This document shows positions 14,971 through 23,599 of a DNA stretch of 36,188 nucleotides, piece by piece. How positions within the stretch are numbered: position 1 is the stretch's first letter; each line of letters begins with the position of its first letter. Under the pieces are notes generated by a model. That model was not told the origin of the DNA and ran no database searches. It saw only the letters and a list, made by a program, of their open reading frames with translations. The translations under genes and the position numbers were made by a program. The DNA is from a virus (Duplodnaviria > Caudoviricetes), in IMG/VR virus record IMGVR_UViG_3300005611_000091, positions 1-36,188 of that record, one strand, 5' to 3'.

Positions 14971-16213
14971 CTTCATCTACGAGCGGGACGCCAGCATCCT
15001 GGTCGCCCCGACCGGCGAGGGGAAGTCCGTCATCTGCCTGACGGCCATCGCCGAGCGCAAAGGCCAGACCCTCATCGTCTGCCCGCCGAAGGTCGTACCG
15101 GTCCACGCGAAAGAGGCCGTGAAGTGGGACCACCTGTCGCATCTTAAGATTGTTGAGGTGGTGGGTACACCGACGGGGCGTAGCCTCCTTTTCAATTCTA
15201 ATCCCGACGCGGATGTCTACGTCGTCAGCCTTAATAATCTTGATTGGTTGTTGGGGTGCAGTCTTCCCCCCTCAATCAACGGCGTCGTCATCGACGAGTT
15301 GTCTGTGGCCGCGGGCAAGATGACGGCGAAGCTGCGGCATAAGAAGTGGATCGAGCGGATCACCTGGCGCGTCGGGCTGACGGCCACACCGGTCGCGCAG
15401 GACTTCCTCAAGCTGTTCAACATGACCCGTCTGATCGCCGGGACGAAGGTGTTCGGGAACAACGAAGAGAAGTACCGGCTGACGTACTTCTCCCCCGATC
15501 ACAGCGGCCACAAGTGGACGATCAGGGATGGCGCGGCCGAGGTCATAATGGACAAGATCATGCCTTACATCCACCTGATTGAAGACCGGAAGGCCGAGAA
15601 GCTACCCACGCTGACCGAGCGGATAGTCCCGTTCAACATGCCGGCGCAGACGCGTGAGGTCTACGAGGAGATGGCGCGCGACATGCTCATCCAGAGCAAG
15701 GATGTCGAGGCGGCGAACGAGGCTGTGAAGTCCGGCAAGCTGCGCCAGATCGGTAGCGGTTTCGTGTACGATCGGGATGAGGTGATACGGTTCGATTACG
15801 CACGGCAGGCGGCGTTCCTCCGCGAGATCGACAGCGACCCCGCGCCGGTCCTTGTCTTTTATGAGTTCGAGGCGCAGAAGGCCGAGATCAAGTGGGCCGG
15901 CGAGAGTGTGGCGTTCTCGATGCAGGAGTACGACCCGCACGAACACAAGGTGCTGGCGGTCCAGATACGCAGCCTGTCGCACGGCGTGGACGGACTGCAA
16001 CACAAGTTCCGCCGGGTGCTGTTCTACATGCCCGTCTGGAGCCGTGACGCCTACCAGCAGGCGCGAGATCGTGTCTGGCGACAGGGTCAGAAGAACCCTG
16101 TCGACGTCGCGGTTCTGGTCTGCCACGATAGCATCGACCAGTTGACGCTGGGTCGGGTCGAAGACCGGGCGCAGTGGATGAAAACTTTCACAGACTATTT
16201 GAGGAGAGGATGA
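14924..16213 (+). CDS. SNF2-like SF2 helicase
   Basis: APTGEGKS, VIDELS, GLTATP, KLRQIGSG, HGVDGLQ, QARDRVWRQGQ. Confidence 0.92.
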   Translation: MLSESCLTPEQNAAIDFIYERDASILVAPTGEGKSVICLTAIAERKGQTLIVCPPKVVPVHAKEAVKWDHLSHLKIVEVVGTPTGRSLLFNSNPDADVYVVSLNNLDWLLGCSLPPSINGVVIDELSVAAGKMTAKLRHKKWIERITWRVGLTATPVAQDFLKLFNMTRLIAGTKVFGNNEEKYRLTYFSPDHSGHKWTIRDGAAEVIMDKIMPYIHLIEDRKAEKLPTLTERIVPFNMPAQTREVYEEMARDMLIQSKDVEAANEAVKSGKLRQIGSGFVYDRDEVIRFDYARQAAFLREIDSDPAPVLVFYEFEAQKAEIKWAGESVAFSMQEYDPHEHKVLAVQIRSLSHGVDGLQHKFRRVLFYMPVWSRDAYQQARDRVWRQGQKNPVDVAVLVCHDSIDQLTLGRVEDRAQWMKTFTDYLRRG

Positions 16214-16506
16214 TGCCCAGAGGTAGACCACGCAAATACGCCGAGCGCGCGTCCGAGGGGCCGGGTAAAAGATTATCTGTGCCGGATGTTGACTGGGGTG
16301 GGCGTTCCGAGGATGTTGATTTCGGGGTGGCTAATGATGATGTCCCAGCACTAACCGGTACGGGCGTAAAGTCAGAGGCCGCCCCGACCCCCGAGCAACT
16401 TATCGGACCCGACCGCGACCGACGTCAGGCCGAGACGGACGAGCGCCTCCGGCGAATGATCGAGGAGAACCCCGGCTACCTATCGTGGGAGCGGGGCTAC
16501 AACTAA
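16210..16506 (+). CDS. Hypothetical protein with N-terminal AT-hook-like PRGRPRK
   Basis: GAGGAG RBS; ATGA overlap; stop overlaps the convergent holin stop. Confidence 0.6.
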   Translation: MMPRGRPRKYAERASEGPGKRLSVPDVDWGGRSEDVDFGVANDDVPALTGTGVKSEAAPTPEQLIGPDRDRRQAETDERLRRMIEENPGYLSWERGYN

Positions 16507-16898
16507 CGCTTCGCGTTGATGATCTGCGGGACGATCTTCTCTGCCGAGCGCCCGACGACATACCCCCCGAGGCCGATCTTGACCAGGTCATAGACCGACA
16601 GGTACTCGGCCTCGGTCATCCCCTCGGCGCTGTAACCCAACCACCGAGCAACGATCAGACCGACGAACACCAGCATCGTGATCGGTCGCCAGTTCGCGGC
16701 CAGCCAGTGTTTGCTTGCCGCCTCGGTGTTGATGATGGACGCCGCCGCCTCCTCGATCTTCGCCGCGTTGGCAACGATCTGGGATTGGAACTGCGTCTCG
16801 ATCTCTTTACGTTTCGTCTCGTCGGCCGGATCGGGGAACAGGTTCTTCGCAATCTGCCCGCCGATGCTTCCGAGTATTCCGAGTAGAGGTAACATCAC
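16503..16898 (-). CDS. Holin, 3TM GTA-type family
   Basis: EAASKHWLAANWRP, hydrophobic helices, GLGGYVVGRSAEK. Confidence 0.88.
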   Translation of the reverse strand: MMLPLLGILGSIGGQIAKNLFPDPADETKRKEIETQFQSQIVANAAKIEEAAASIINTEAASKHWLAANWRPITMLVFVGLIVARWLGYSAEGMTEAEYLSVYDLVKIGLGGYVVGRSAEKIVPQIINAKR

Positions 16899-17290
16899 TT
16901 CACCAATTCAAAATGCCAAAGGTCGTCGAACTTGTTGTCGTTCACTTGCCAATCAGAATCCCAATCACCACCCCAACGAAGATGCACCCCGCGAGCGTGA
17001 GCCAACCCCAGAACAAACCCTGCGAACAGAGTGGCCCTCTCACGATCTTTCCAATCAATCGGATATGGCGCAGCATCCACCGCTTTAGAGGGCCGGGTGT
17101 TATGCGAACTGTTGGGGTAGCTGACCTCGCTCTTACCCGTTCGAAAGGCCTCATCCTGGTCATCCTTGTTCCGGTAGCCACAGATTATGGTCACGTCCAT
17201 ATAATCCGCCACTTCCCTGAACACGTCAACAATTCTCGGGTCGCACGTCCCAAGCTGTCTCAGGCTATTTGCCGAGTAGGGATACTTCAT
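16895..17290 (-). CDS. Endolysin, M15 L-Ala-D-Glu peptidase-like
   Basis: Start MKYPYSANS at 17290 after GAGG; CGYR..DQ, SSHN..PSKAVD, RWGGDW, DLWHFEL. Confidence 0.92.
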   Translation of the reverse strand: MKYPYSANSLRQLGTCDPRIVDVFREVADYMDVTIICGYRNKDDQDEAFRTGKSEVSYPNSSHNTRPSKAVDAAPYPIDWKDRERATLFAGFVLGLAHARGVHLRWGGDWDSDWQVNDNKFDDLWHFELVK

Positions 17291-18402
17291 CTTGACCTCT
17301 TGAATGTGAGATAGTCGCAGGCTTCTTCGAGATCGGGGTAGCACCGGACGAACCCCGGCGACTGTGGGTCGGCCTCGGGATCGATGATCGCAACCACTGT
17401 AGCGCCGTGGCTGTTCTGCCCGAACTGAAGCTTGTCTGCGTAATCGTCGATGAACTTGTAGCCGCGCGCCTTGCCGGCCCAGTACGTCATGTCGAGGTCC
17501 GCATAGACGCCCTCGGTCATGTGGTATTCGTGATGATGGCCCTGCATCAACACCCGCGGACACATCTGGCCGAACAGAGCCGCTCGCATGGCACCGTGCG
17601 CCGGGTTGTAGATCGACGTGCCTTTGAAGCTGTGCGCGGCCCAGATCGGGCAAGTGCTGCCATTTGGCATCACAAGCTGGAACTTGGCGTGCCAATCAAA
17701 TATCTGCGTCACGCCATCCGCCATCTCTCCGAGGACCGCAGCGCCGTCGTTCCAACTATCGTGGTTTCCGAGCAACCACATCAACCAGTTTATGCCGCTG
17801 TCTTTCATCAGGTATCGTGCCAGGTCGTAGCCTGTCTTTTTCGATGTCTCCTGGTCTGCGTACTTCTTGATGAGCCTGCCGACCCAGTTGTTCGTGGTGT
17901 CACCAATGTTGATCGCGTACACACCCTCGGTGGCCCGCATCAGGCCGATGTCGCGCTCCAGCAGCGGCCAGTTGCACCCGTCGTCGTCAACGTGAGGGTC
18001 TCCGACGAACGCCAGTGCGAACGGTTTGCTGTCCTTCACCTTGATCGGGAACCACTGCTTCGATTTGTGTTTCTCATGCCGCTTCGCGAAGCGTTTACTC
18101 ATTGAGGATATGAGTTCTGCGACCGGCATGTCGCCCTTCGGGAACTCCGGCATCTTCAGTACCGGCTCCGCCTCGGACACAGGCCACTGCGGGAAGGTCT
18201 CAAAAGGCCGGTACTCTTTCCGCATTTCCTCCCACCGGGGGGGTAAGAGCGATCTTTCTACCGCTGTGCGTAAGTTCCGCCGCAACGTGGTGGAGTTTAT
18301 ACCGAGAGCGCGACCGGCATGACTAAGGTTGAACTCAAAATGTTGCGCGGCTGAGACCCGCCGCCGTAACTCCTCATCGCTTATCTTCGGAGTCGCCATC
18401 AC
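17287..18402 (-). CDS. HTH plus calcineurin-like metallophosphoesterase
   Basis: N-terminal NLSHAGRALGINSTTLRRNL; GDPH, GDTTN, GNHD, AH, GHHH motifs. Confidence 0.85.
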   Translation of the reverse strand: MMATPKISDEELRRRVSAAQHFEFNLSHAGRALGINSTTLRRNLRTAVERSLLPPRWEEMRKEYRPFETFPQWPVSEAEPVLKMPEFPKGDMPVAELISSMSKRFAKRHEKHKSKQWFPIKVKDSKPFALAFVGDPHVDDDGCNWPLLERDIGLMRATEGVYAINIGDTTNNWVGRLIKKYADQETSKKTGYDLARYLMKDSGINWLMWLLGNHDSWNDGAAVLGEMADGVTQIFDWHAKFQLVMPNGSTCPIWAAHSFKGTSIYNPAHGAMRAALFGQMCPRVLMQGHHHEYHMTEGVYADLDMTYWAGKARGYKFIDDYADKLQFGQNSHGATVVAIIDPEADPQSPGFVRCYPDLEEACDYLTFKRSR

Positions 18403-18683
18403 CTGTCCGCTTTGTTGTTGAGACCGTTCGTGAGCGCCCGCAGTTCCTTGTAAATCTCTCTCAGTGTGGATTTGATTTCGGCCTGATCTTCACGTACCGA
18501 CCGCTCAACCCAGTCTGTCCTCTCGCGCTGCGACACAATGGCCTGCGCGTTCAGTTCTACATTCTTCTCGATCCGGCCAAGCCAGACGACGAGAGAAACC
18601 GCAACAACCAGCGTCGTGACGATGTGGCCAATGGATACCCGCTTGTCGATATGCCAGCCCGGTTCTTTTCTTTCGTCTGTCAC
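18399..18683 (-). CDS. Single-TM coiled-coil protein of the lysis region (holin- or spanin-like)
   Basis: GTG start 18683; WHIDKRVSIGHIVT, TM helix, coiled coil. Confidence 0.65.
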   Translation of the reverse strand: MTDERKEPGWHIDKRVSIGHIVTTLVVAVSLVVWLGRIEKNVELNAQAIVSQRERTDWVERSVREDQAEIKSTLREIYKELRALTNGLNNKADR

Positions 18684-18712
18684 GATTTCCGCCCCCGCTT
18701 CGGATCGACAAC

Positions 18713-18967
18713 CTACCACCCCTCGCCGCCGGACAGCGGACAGGCGTAAACCGTCCCGCCCTTCTCCAGCCGCACGAGCATTGTCCACCCGCCGGAGGGG
18801 GATTTGGTGAGGACAATAAGCTTCCCCCCGTTATCAACACCCACACCAACTACGCTCTCTTTCGCGTTCTGCTCCAGTTGTTTCAGCACCTTGCTGAAGG
18901 GGTAGCACTTGACATCGAGCGCGGCGGCTGGCGTTGCGAACAGAAGAAGGGGGATTAAATATTTCAT
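18713..18967 (-). CDS. Small secreted protein with signal peptide and two Cys; possibly truncated by an amber codon
   Basis: MKYLIPLLLFATPAAA signal; C...C..SGEGW; frame stays open 10 more codons to TGA at 18680. Confidence 0.7.
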   Translation of the reverse strand: MKYLIPLLLFATPAAALDVKCYPFSKVLKQLEQNAKESVVGVGVDNGGKLIVLTKSPSGGWTMLVRLEKGGTVYACPLSGGEGW

Positions 18968-19584
18968 GTTGACGGCCAGCCGGTCGTAATGTCGTAGTCG
19001 ATGATGGCTTGGCCGGTGGCCGCGTTGAGCGCGATGGTGTGAGCCATTTCAGCGCCATAGCAAGCCTGAACGTGATCGCTCACCGCATCGAAAATCGCTT
19101 CGACCTGCGCCTTCGTGAACTGCTTGAAGTCCCCGCGCCCGACCTTGAAATCGAACACATGGGACGGAGAGCGACCGGCTTTGTTCATCGCTCCCGTAAT
19201 CTTGGCTTGTGAGCCAGCATCGGTCGGAAGCTTGTCCTGGCCGAGCATCGTTCCCCCGGCTTCGATCTGATACCGCAAGCCCTCAAGTTCGACGAAACGG
19301 AGTTTCCGCAAATCCTCGTCGGATTTCAGCACCTTGTTCGGGTACGTGATCGCGACCGTCTGCCCGGTTTCCGTGAAGACCGCTGCGCCTTGATTGTAAT
19401 GCCGAGTATTGACCTTCTCCACGGAAGTGACCTCGAACACGCCGCCCGCTACCTTCTGCGCCGGTGACGCCGCGTCACTCCTGACTTCCCGCGTGACTGG
19501 CTTTCCGTCTTCATCCATCGTCACGCTGAACGAGAATGGCCGCGTCTTAAGCTGGTGCATCCCGTTGACCTTGTGGGTCTGCAT
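18964..19584 (-). CDS. Tail-fibre assembly-like protein (DUF4376-like C-terminus)
   Basis: Start MQTHKVNG at 19584; RYQIEAGG...TDAGSQAKITG...HVQACYGAE...DITTGWP. Confidence 0.75.
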   Translation of the reverse strand: MQTHKVNGMHQLKTRPFSFSVTMDEDGKPVTREVRSDAASPAQKVAGGVFEVTSVEKVNTRHYNQGAAVFTETGQTVAITYPNKVLKSDEDLRKLRFVELEGLRYQIEAGGTMLGQDKLPTDAGSQAKITGAMNKAGRSPSHVFDFKVGRGDFKQFTKAQVEAIFDAVSDHVQACYGAEMAHTIALNAATGQAIIDYDITTGWPST

Positions 19585-19589
19585 TTTCG

Positions 19590-22319
19590 TTACCTTCCGT
19601 TTGAATAGTAGGGCGACGTGCCGAACGTCGCTGTCGCGTAAGTCCCGCTGTTTACGGCGGCGTTGATCGAGCGGATTTTTATGCCTTTTGACAGATGATC
19701 GATGCGAACGTCCGCCGCCTCTGCGTCGGGCAGATCGAGTTTGAGAACACCACCATGAGGATTTTCGGTGAGGATCGACGGATAACTTTCCCATGCTTCT
19801 GTCAAACTGATCCGCTTGATTATGGGCCACAGGGGGCTAATCCCGGCGTCGTAGTAGGGACCGTCTGCGCTTCCGTTCGAAACGTATGTACCAAGGTCAA
19901 AAAACCCTTCCGTTTCGGGAATGACGAGGTACCAGTAAGTGTCGGTGGTTTCGCCGGTATCGATATCAAATGCGTTGGCGGTCACATTCTTTATGAAGCT
20001 GTCGGTCGTCTGGGCTGTGTTGGCATCAAGATACAGGAGTTTACCGGCGTCCAGATCGGGGTGATAGACAGGTCGTGTGCCGCCGAGGGCGGGGAACAGA
20101 ATAATCAAACAGCGAGCATTGCCGGCATTGTGAGTGACGGTCGTATCTGCGCCGTTCGTATGGGATGCCGATCCACCTTTGATGTTGGCGGTGCCGTCCA
20201 GCTTCAGGGACATGCCGATCCAATTGGCCGCTCCAGCCAATGTCGGAAAGGCTTCCTTTGCATCTACGCTGTCGGAGTTGAAGCAGTTCGAGCTGTCCGC
20301 GCTGAACCGCCAGTACCAGCTTTCGCTTGCCCGGTTCTTAAACACGTCGACATAAGACGACCAACCGGAACGTGCTGCGGCCAGTGTTGCGGCGATGTCC
20401 GCTTCCGTATCAATAGCTGAAACAAACTCGGTGGAAGGATCACGCAGCGCCGGTTCGCCCTCGGCCCCTAAAATTGCTGCCGCTGTCCAGCCTGTGAACC
20501 CCGTTGGCAAGTAAGAGAAAGGCTGCTGCCCGAAATTGAAAGTCGATACGCCGCTCGTCCACATGCCGTACCAAGGGGCAACCCGATTTTCACCGTCCAC
20601 CGTCATCGTCCCTGTAGCGCCTGTCCCGGCTGCCGGGTCTCCGCTGTTATACCAAGTCCCGTTGATGCCAACCCAGAACTCCATGGTGCCGATATCAATC
20701 GCCATCATTACAGTCTGGCCAGCCGTGAACAGCGTCGGCCCTGTATCTGCCGCCCCGGACCCTATATAGACGCCTCGCCCCGCCGCTGAGATGCCCCGGT
20801 AGAAGGTCGTATCGTTGTCACTTTCTTCTTCGGCATGGTCATTACCCGCGACATCGGACATCCACCCGAACTCTGCGTAAGCGCCGCTAACGGAGATTGC
20901 CTCATAATAGAGTTTGCCAGCGGTAGCGAACAAAGTGCCGCGCCCGTGACGCCAGCCGGTACTTGCCGTCGCCTCAAGCCCGCCGTCCGATATGGTTACA
21001 TCGGCGTGCTTGTCGAGGGGATTCAGCACACAAATATCATTGGTCGGCGTGTCGGTTAGCTGATCGGCGGTGCTCATGCCGCTAGCCGATAGCGTATTGT
21101 CCGCATCACCGATTGAATACCCCGGAAAAGCTATGGGCGAAGACCCAGCCGTGAGCCACATTGCCCCGACTTCTACAGACCCGAGATCGGAGTTTACAGT
21201 GGTGGTGCTTTCCGCGCTGGCGTTGTTCGCCGGGCCAAACCGCACATTAACGCCGCTTGCCCCTGCGTTCAGTTCGAATGCAAACCAGTAATGGTAGTAG
21301 CCGCCGCCAAGATCATTGACGCCGTAATATTCAGGGTCATTCGCCCCGTTAAGGCTAAGCGTCCCCGTCTCGGGATGCGGATAGATATTGATTTGCGAAT
21401 TTGTAATGCTGCCAAAAGCGTCAAAATACTGCGTCTTGGCATCGATGTACTTCAGCACAATATTTACTGTATGGTATTCACCGGCTGCCAATCCCGTCAG
21501 GGTATTCCCTACGTACGCTAAGCTGACGCCATCTGTATCTTCAAATTCAGAGGTGGCCTCGCCATAAGGATCGGTGCCATAACTGCCAGTTATTGTGCCG
21601 GTGTTTGTCCACGACCAAGAAGTAGGAGAGCTAGTTTTATTTTCAACGCCTGAGAAATCCCGGCCAAGTACGGCAGCATCGCTGAAGGGCAGGTGTACAC
21701 CATTCGTGCCGTGACTGCCGGTGTAGGCTTTGTGTTTCCAGAATGTCGGGGTGAGGATATCGAACTGGCCGAAGTCTGTCTGAGCAGTGCCGGTGCCGCT
21801 AATGAAGTTCCATTCGGATAGAATAGCGCCTAAATGATTTGCCGGGCTGCCCGCGTAGTCCGCTCCTATCCGATGCTGAACCGCGGACCCGAACAGGCTG
21901 TTGGTTGTGTCGGGCGCATCCGTCGTATCGAACGTCGATATCGTTGTGCCATTGACAGCAATAACCAGCGTCGTCCCGCTCCTGTGAATGTGTAGATGAT
22001 ACCATCCTGTATCGCGAAAAACCTGTGTCGTGATGTAATTACTGATAGTGGTCGAAGCGACAGTGAGCTTGTATTCAAGTTTATCGCCGCTGGTGAAGCG
22101 AATGTATTCCAGATCGGTGGTTGCTGTTCCGGCGCAAGCAATCCACTGTTCAGAGCCAAACTCCGAACGTTTAAGCCAACCGTCGAAGGTCCATGCAGTC
22201 AGCGTTGCATCAGGCCCCGCAAACGTCTTTTCCAAATACGCGGCACCGCTGAACCGGCCAGAGTATTCTATCTGCGGGTCAGCGCCGCCGCCGAGTTTGT
22301 ATGATCCGTTGAAAACCAT
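19590..22319 (-). CDS. Multi-domain tail/receptor-binding protein (LamG-like, central insert, SPRY-like)
   Basis: WTFDGWLKRS, VFRDTGWYH, YTGSHGTNGVHLPF, DTPTN..CVLNPL, GKLYYE, FNFGQQPF..PTGF. Confidence 0.8.
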   Translation of the reverse strand: MVFNGSYKLGGGADPQIEYSGRFSGAAYLEKTFAGPDATLTAWTFDGWLKRSEFGSEQWIACAGTATTDLEYIRFTSGDKLEYKLTVASTTISNYITTQVFRDTGWYHLHIHRSGTTLVIAVNGTTISTFDTTDAPDTTNSLFGSAVQHRIGADYAGSPANHLGAILSEWNFISGTGTAQTDFGQFDILTPTFWKHKAYTGSHGTNGVHLPFSDAAVLGRDFSGVENKTSSPTSWSWTNTGTITGSYGTDPYGEATSEFEDTDGVSLAYVGNTLTGLAAGEYHTVNIVLKYIDAKTQYFDAFGSITNSQINIYPHPETGTLSLNGANDPEYYGVNDLGGGYYHYWFAFELNAGASGVNVRFGPANNASAESTTTVNSDLGSVEVGAMWLTAGSSPIAFPGYSIGDADNTLSASGMSTADQLTDTPTNDICVLNPLDKHADVTISDGGLEATASTGWRHGRGTLFATAGKLYYEAISVSGAYAEFGWMSDVAGNDHAEEESDNDTTFYRGISAAGRGVYIGSGAADTGPTLFTAGQTVMMAIDIGTMEFWVGINGTWYNSGDPAAGTGATGTMTVDGENRVAPWYGMWTSGVSTFNFGQQPFSYLPTGFTGWTAAAILGAEGEPALRDPSTEFVSAIDTEADIAATLAAARSGWSSYVDVFKNRASESWYWRFSADSSNCFNSDSVDAKEAFPTLAGAANWIGMSLKLDGTANIKGGSASHTNGADTTVTHNAGNARCLIILFPALGGTRPVYHPDLDAGKLLYLDANTAQTTDSFIKNVTANAFDIDTGETTDTYWYLVIPETEGFFDLGTYVSNGSADGPYYDAGISPLWPIIKRISLTEAWESYPSILTENPHGGVLKLDLPDAEAADVRIDHLSKGIKIRSINAAVNSGTYATATFGTSPYYSNGR

Positions 22320-23587
22320 CAGCCAGCGTCCGCATAGAAGCCAAGATGTTCGGTCGTGCCGCCTTCGATAATGATGTTGGTGTACTTCCCAACCGTGGTG
22401 TTCATCACCGGGTCTGTGTCGTCGTCCTGCCAGACAACCGATGAAGGCCAGCCTGTCACGGTCTTGGCCGCAGACGCGTGTTGTTTCAGGCGCAGCTTGC
22501 AGGTCTTTCCAGCGTCTACCCCGTCAAGAGTAATCGACGTGATGTTCTCTGTCAGTGTGAACTCGATATAGTTCCCGCCGGTGAAATCGAACGTGATCGC
22601 CCCGGAACTCGACGTGTCATCGGTCTGCGGCGTGAAATACTGCGCCGCCGTCCAAGCCTGTTCCACATCGGTTTTGGCCGTGTCGGCGTCATACGGTTGG
22701 GCGTGGAGGCTCATGCGCGTAAGCTGTAGCGCCGTACCGTCATACACTGCTTCGTAGAACTTGTTAGCGACGATGACATTCGAGGCGTCCATCGCTGCGT
22801 CGTTCATCTCCCCGGCCAGCGCACCGACGCCACTGATGTTGATGGTGACCGCGCCCGTGCTGGGAGAAGCCCCCGACCTGAACTGATATACCTTGCCGAC
22901 TGTATATTCAGTTATGGCGAGGCTGGGAGTGAGCACAAGGGCGTCAGCCGTGCCGGTAGCAGTACCGCACCAGATAGGCGCGAAGGCGGACGCAGAGACC
23001 GCGCTGGCGGCGGCGGCAGTTTCACTGGCGGCGGCGGCGGTTGCATTGGCGGCGGCGGCGGTTGCATTGGCTCCAGCGTCCGCTATATCGGAGGTCGTCG
23101 GCCCCACCGCCCACCCGTCCCCAGCAGCGTTGACGACCAGCGCCGTGTTTACGGTATGCACTACCGGGAGCGTCGGATCGAACCCCGACGTGTCGGCTTC
23201 CGCCAGCTTGACTGACCGGGTGGTCGCGTCGAGAACCTGTTGGGCCATGATGACGGTCTTGTCCAGCGTCTCCTCGACGCTGTTCGACGGGAACTCGTCG
23301 TTCTCGACGAGATCAAGCCCCTGCGTGTAAGGTTGCGCGCGGACGATGACCAGCGTCTCACCCGTTGCAGGCGCGACCAGCATCGTGACGGTACCGCCGG
23401 AGTCCTCTCCAGCGCCGGTCACCGTGTAGTTGGTCGTGATCGTCTGCGTTGTGGCAACGCCGGTGCTATCCACCACCAGGATGACCGTCAGGTCGGTGTT
23501 GGCGAAGAACTTGAACCCGGTGGCAAATGCAGTCGTGCTGCCGTTACCCGCGAAACTCACCCGATTGTCAGTGGTGCTGATCGTCAT
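22319..23587 (-). CDS. Tail fibre protein with T7 gp17-like N-terminal attachment domain
   Basis: FAGNGSTTAFATGFKFF..TDL.V...NYTVTG...GGTVT...LDKTVIMAQQ; Ala-rich shaft. Confidence 0.88.
   Translation of the reverse strand: MTISTTDNRVSFAGNGSTTAFATGFKFFANTDLTVILVVDSTGVATTQTITTNYTVTGAGEDSGGTVTMLVAPATGETLVIVRAQPYTQGLDLVENDEFPSNSVEETLDKTVIMAQQVLDATTRSVKLAEADTSGFDPTLPVVHTVNTALVVNAAGDGWAVGPTTSDIADAGANATAAAANATAAAASETAAAASAVSASAFAPIWCGTATGTADALVLTPSLAITEYTVGKVYQFRSGASPSTGAVTINISGVGALAGEMNDAAMDASNVIVANKFYEAVYDGTALQLTRMSLHAQPYDADTAKTDVEQAWTAAQYFTPQTDDTSSSGAITFDFTGGNYIEFTLTENITSITLDGVDAGKTCKLRLKQHASAAKTVTGWPSSVVWQDDDTDPVMNTTVGKYTNIIIEGGTTEHLGFYADAG
23006..23068. repeat. Three in-frame 21-bp tandem units in the tail fibre (NATAAAA x2, SETAAAA)
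   Basis: GGCGGCGGCGGCGGTTGCATT at 23027 and 23048; variant at 23006. Confidence 0.8.
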
Positions 23588-23599
23588 AGCTTAATCCTC

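Noticed and set aside
17291-17695. N-terminal extension of the endolysin given in the ORF track
   Set aside because: Overlaps the phosphoesterase gene in another frame; the RBS and ATGA overlap support the start at 17290
18964-23587. Diversity-generating retroelement, as in BPP-1
   Set aside because: No reverse transcriptase and no TR/VR repeat pair noticed
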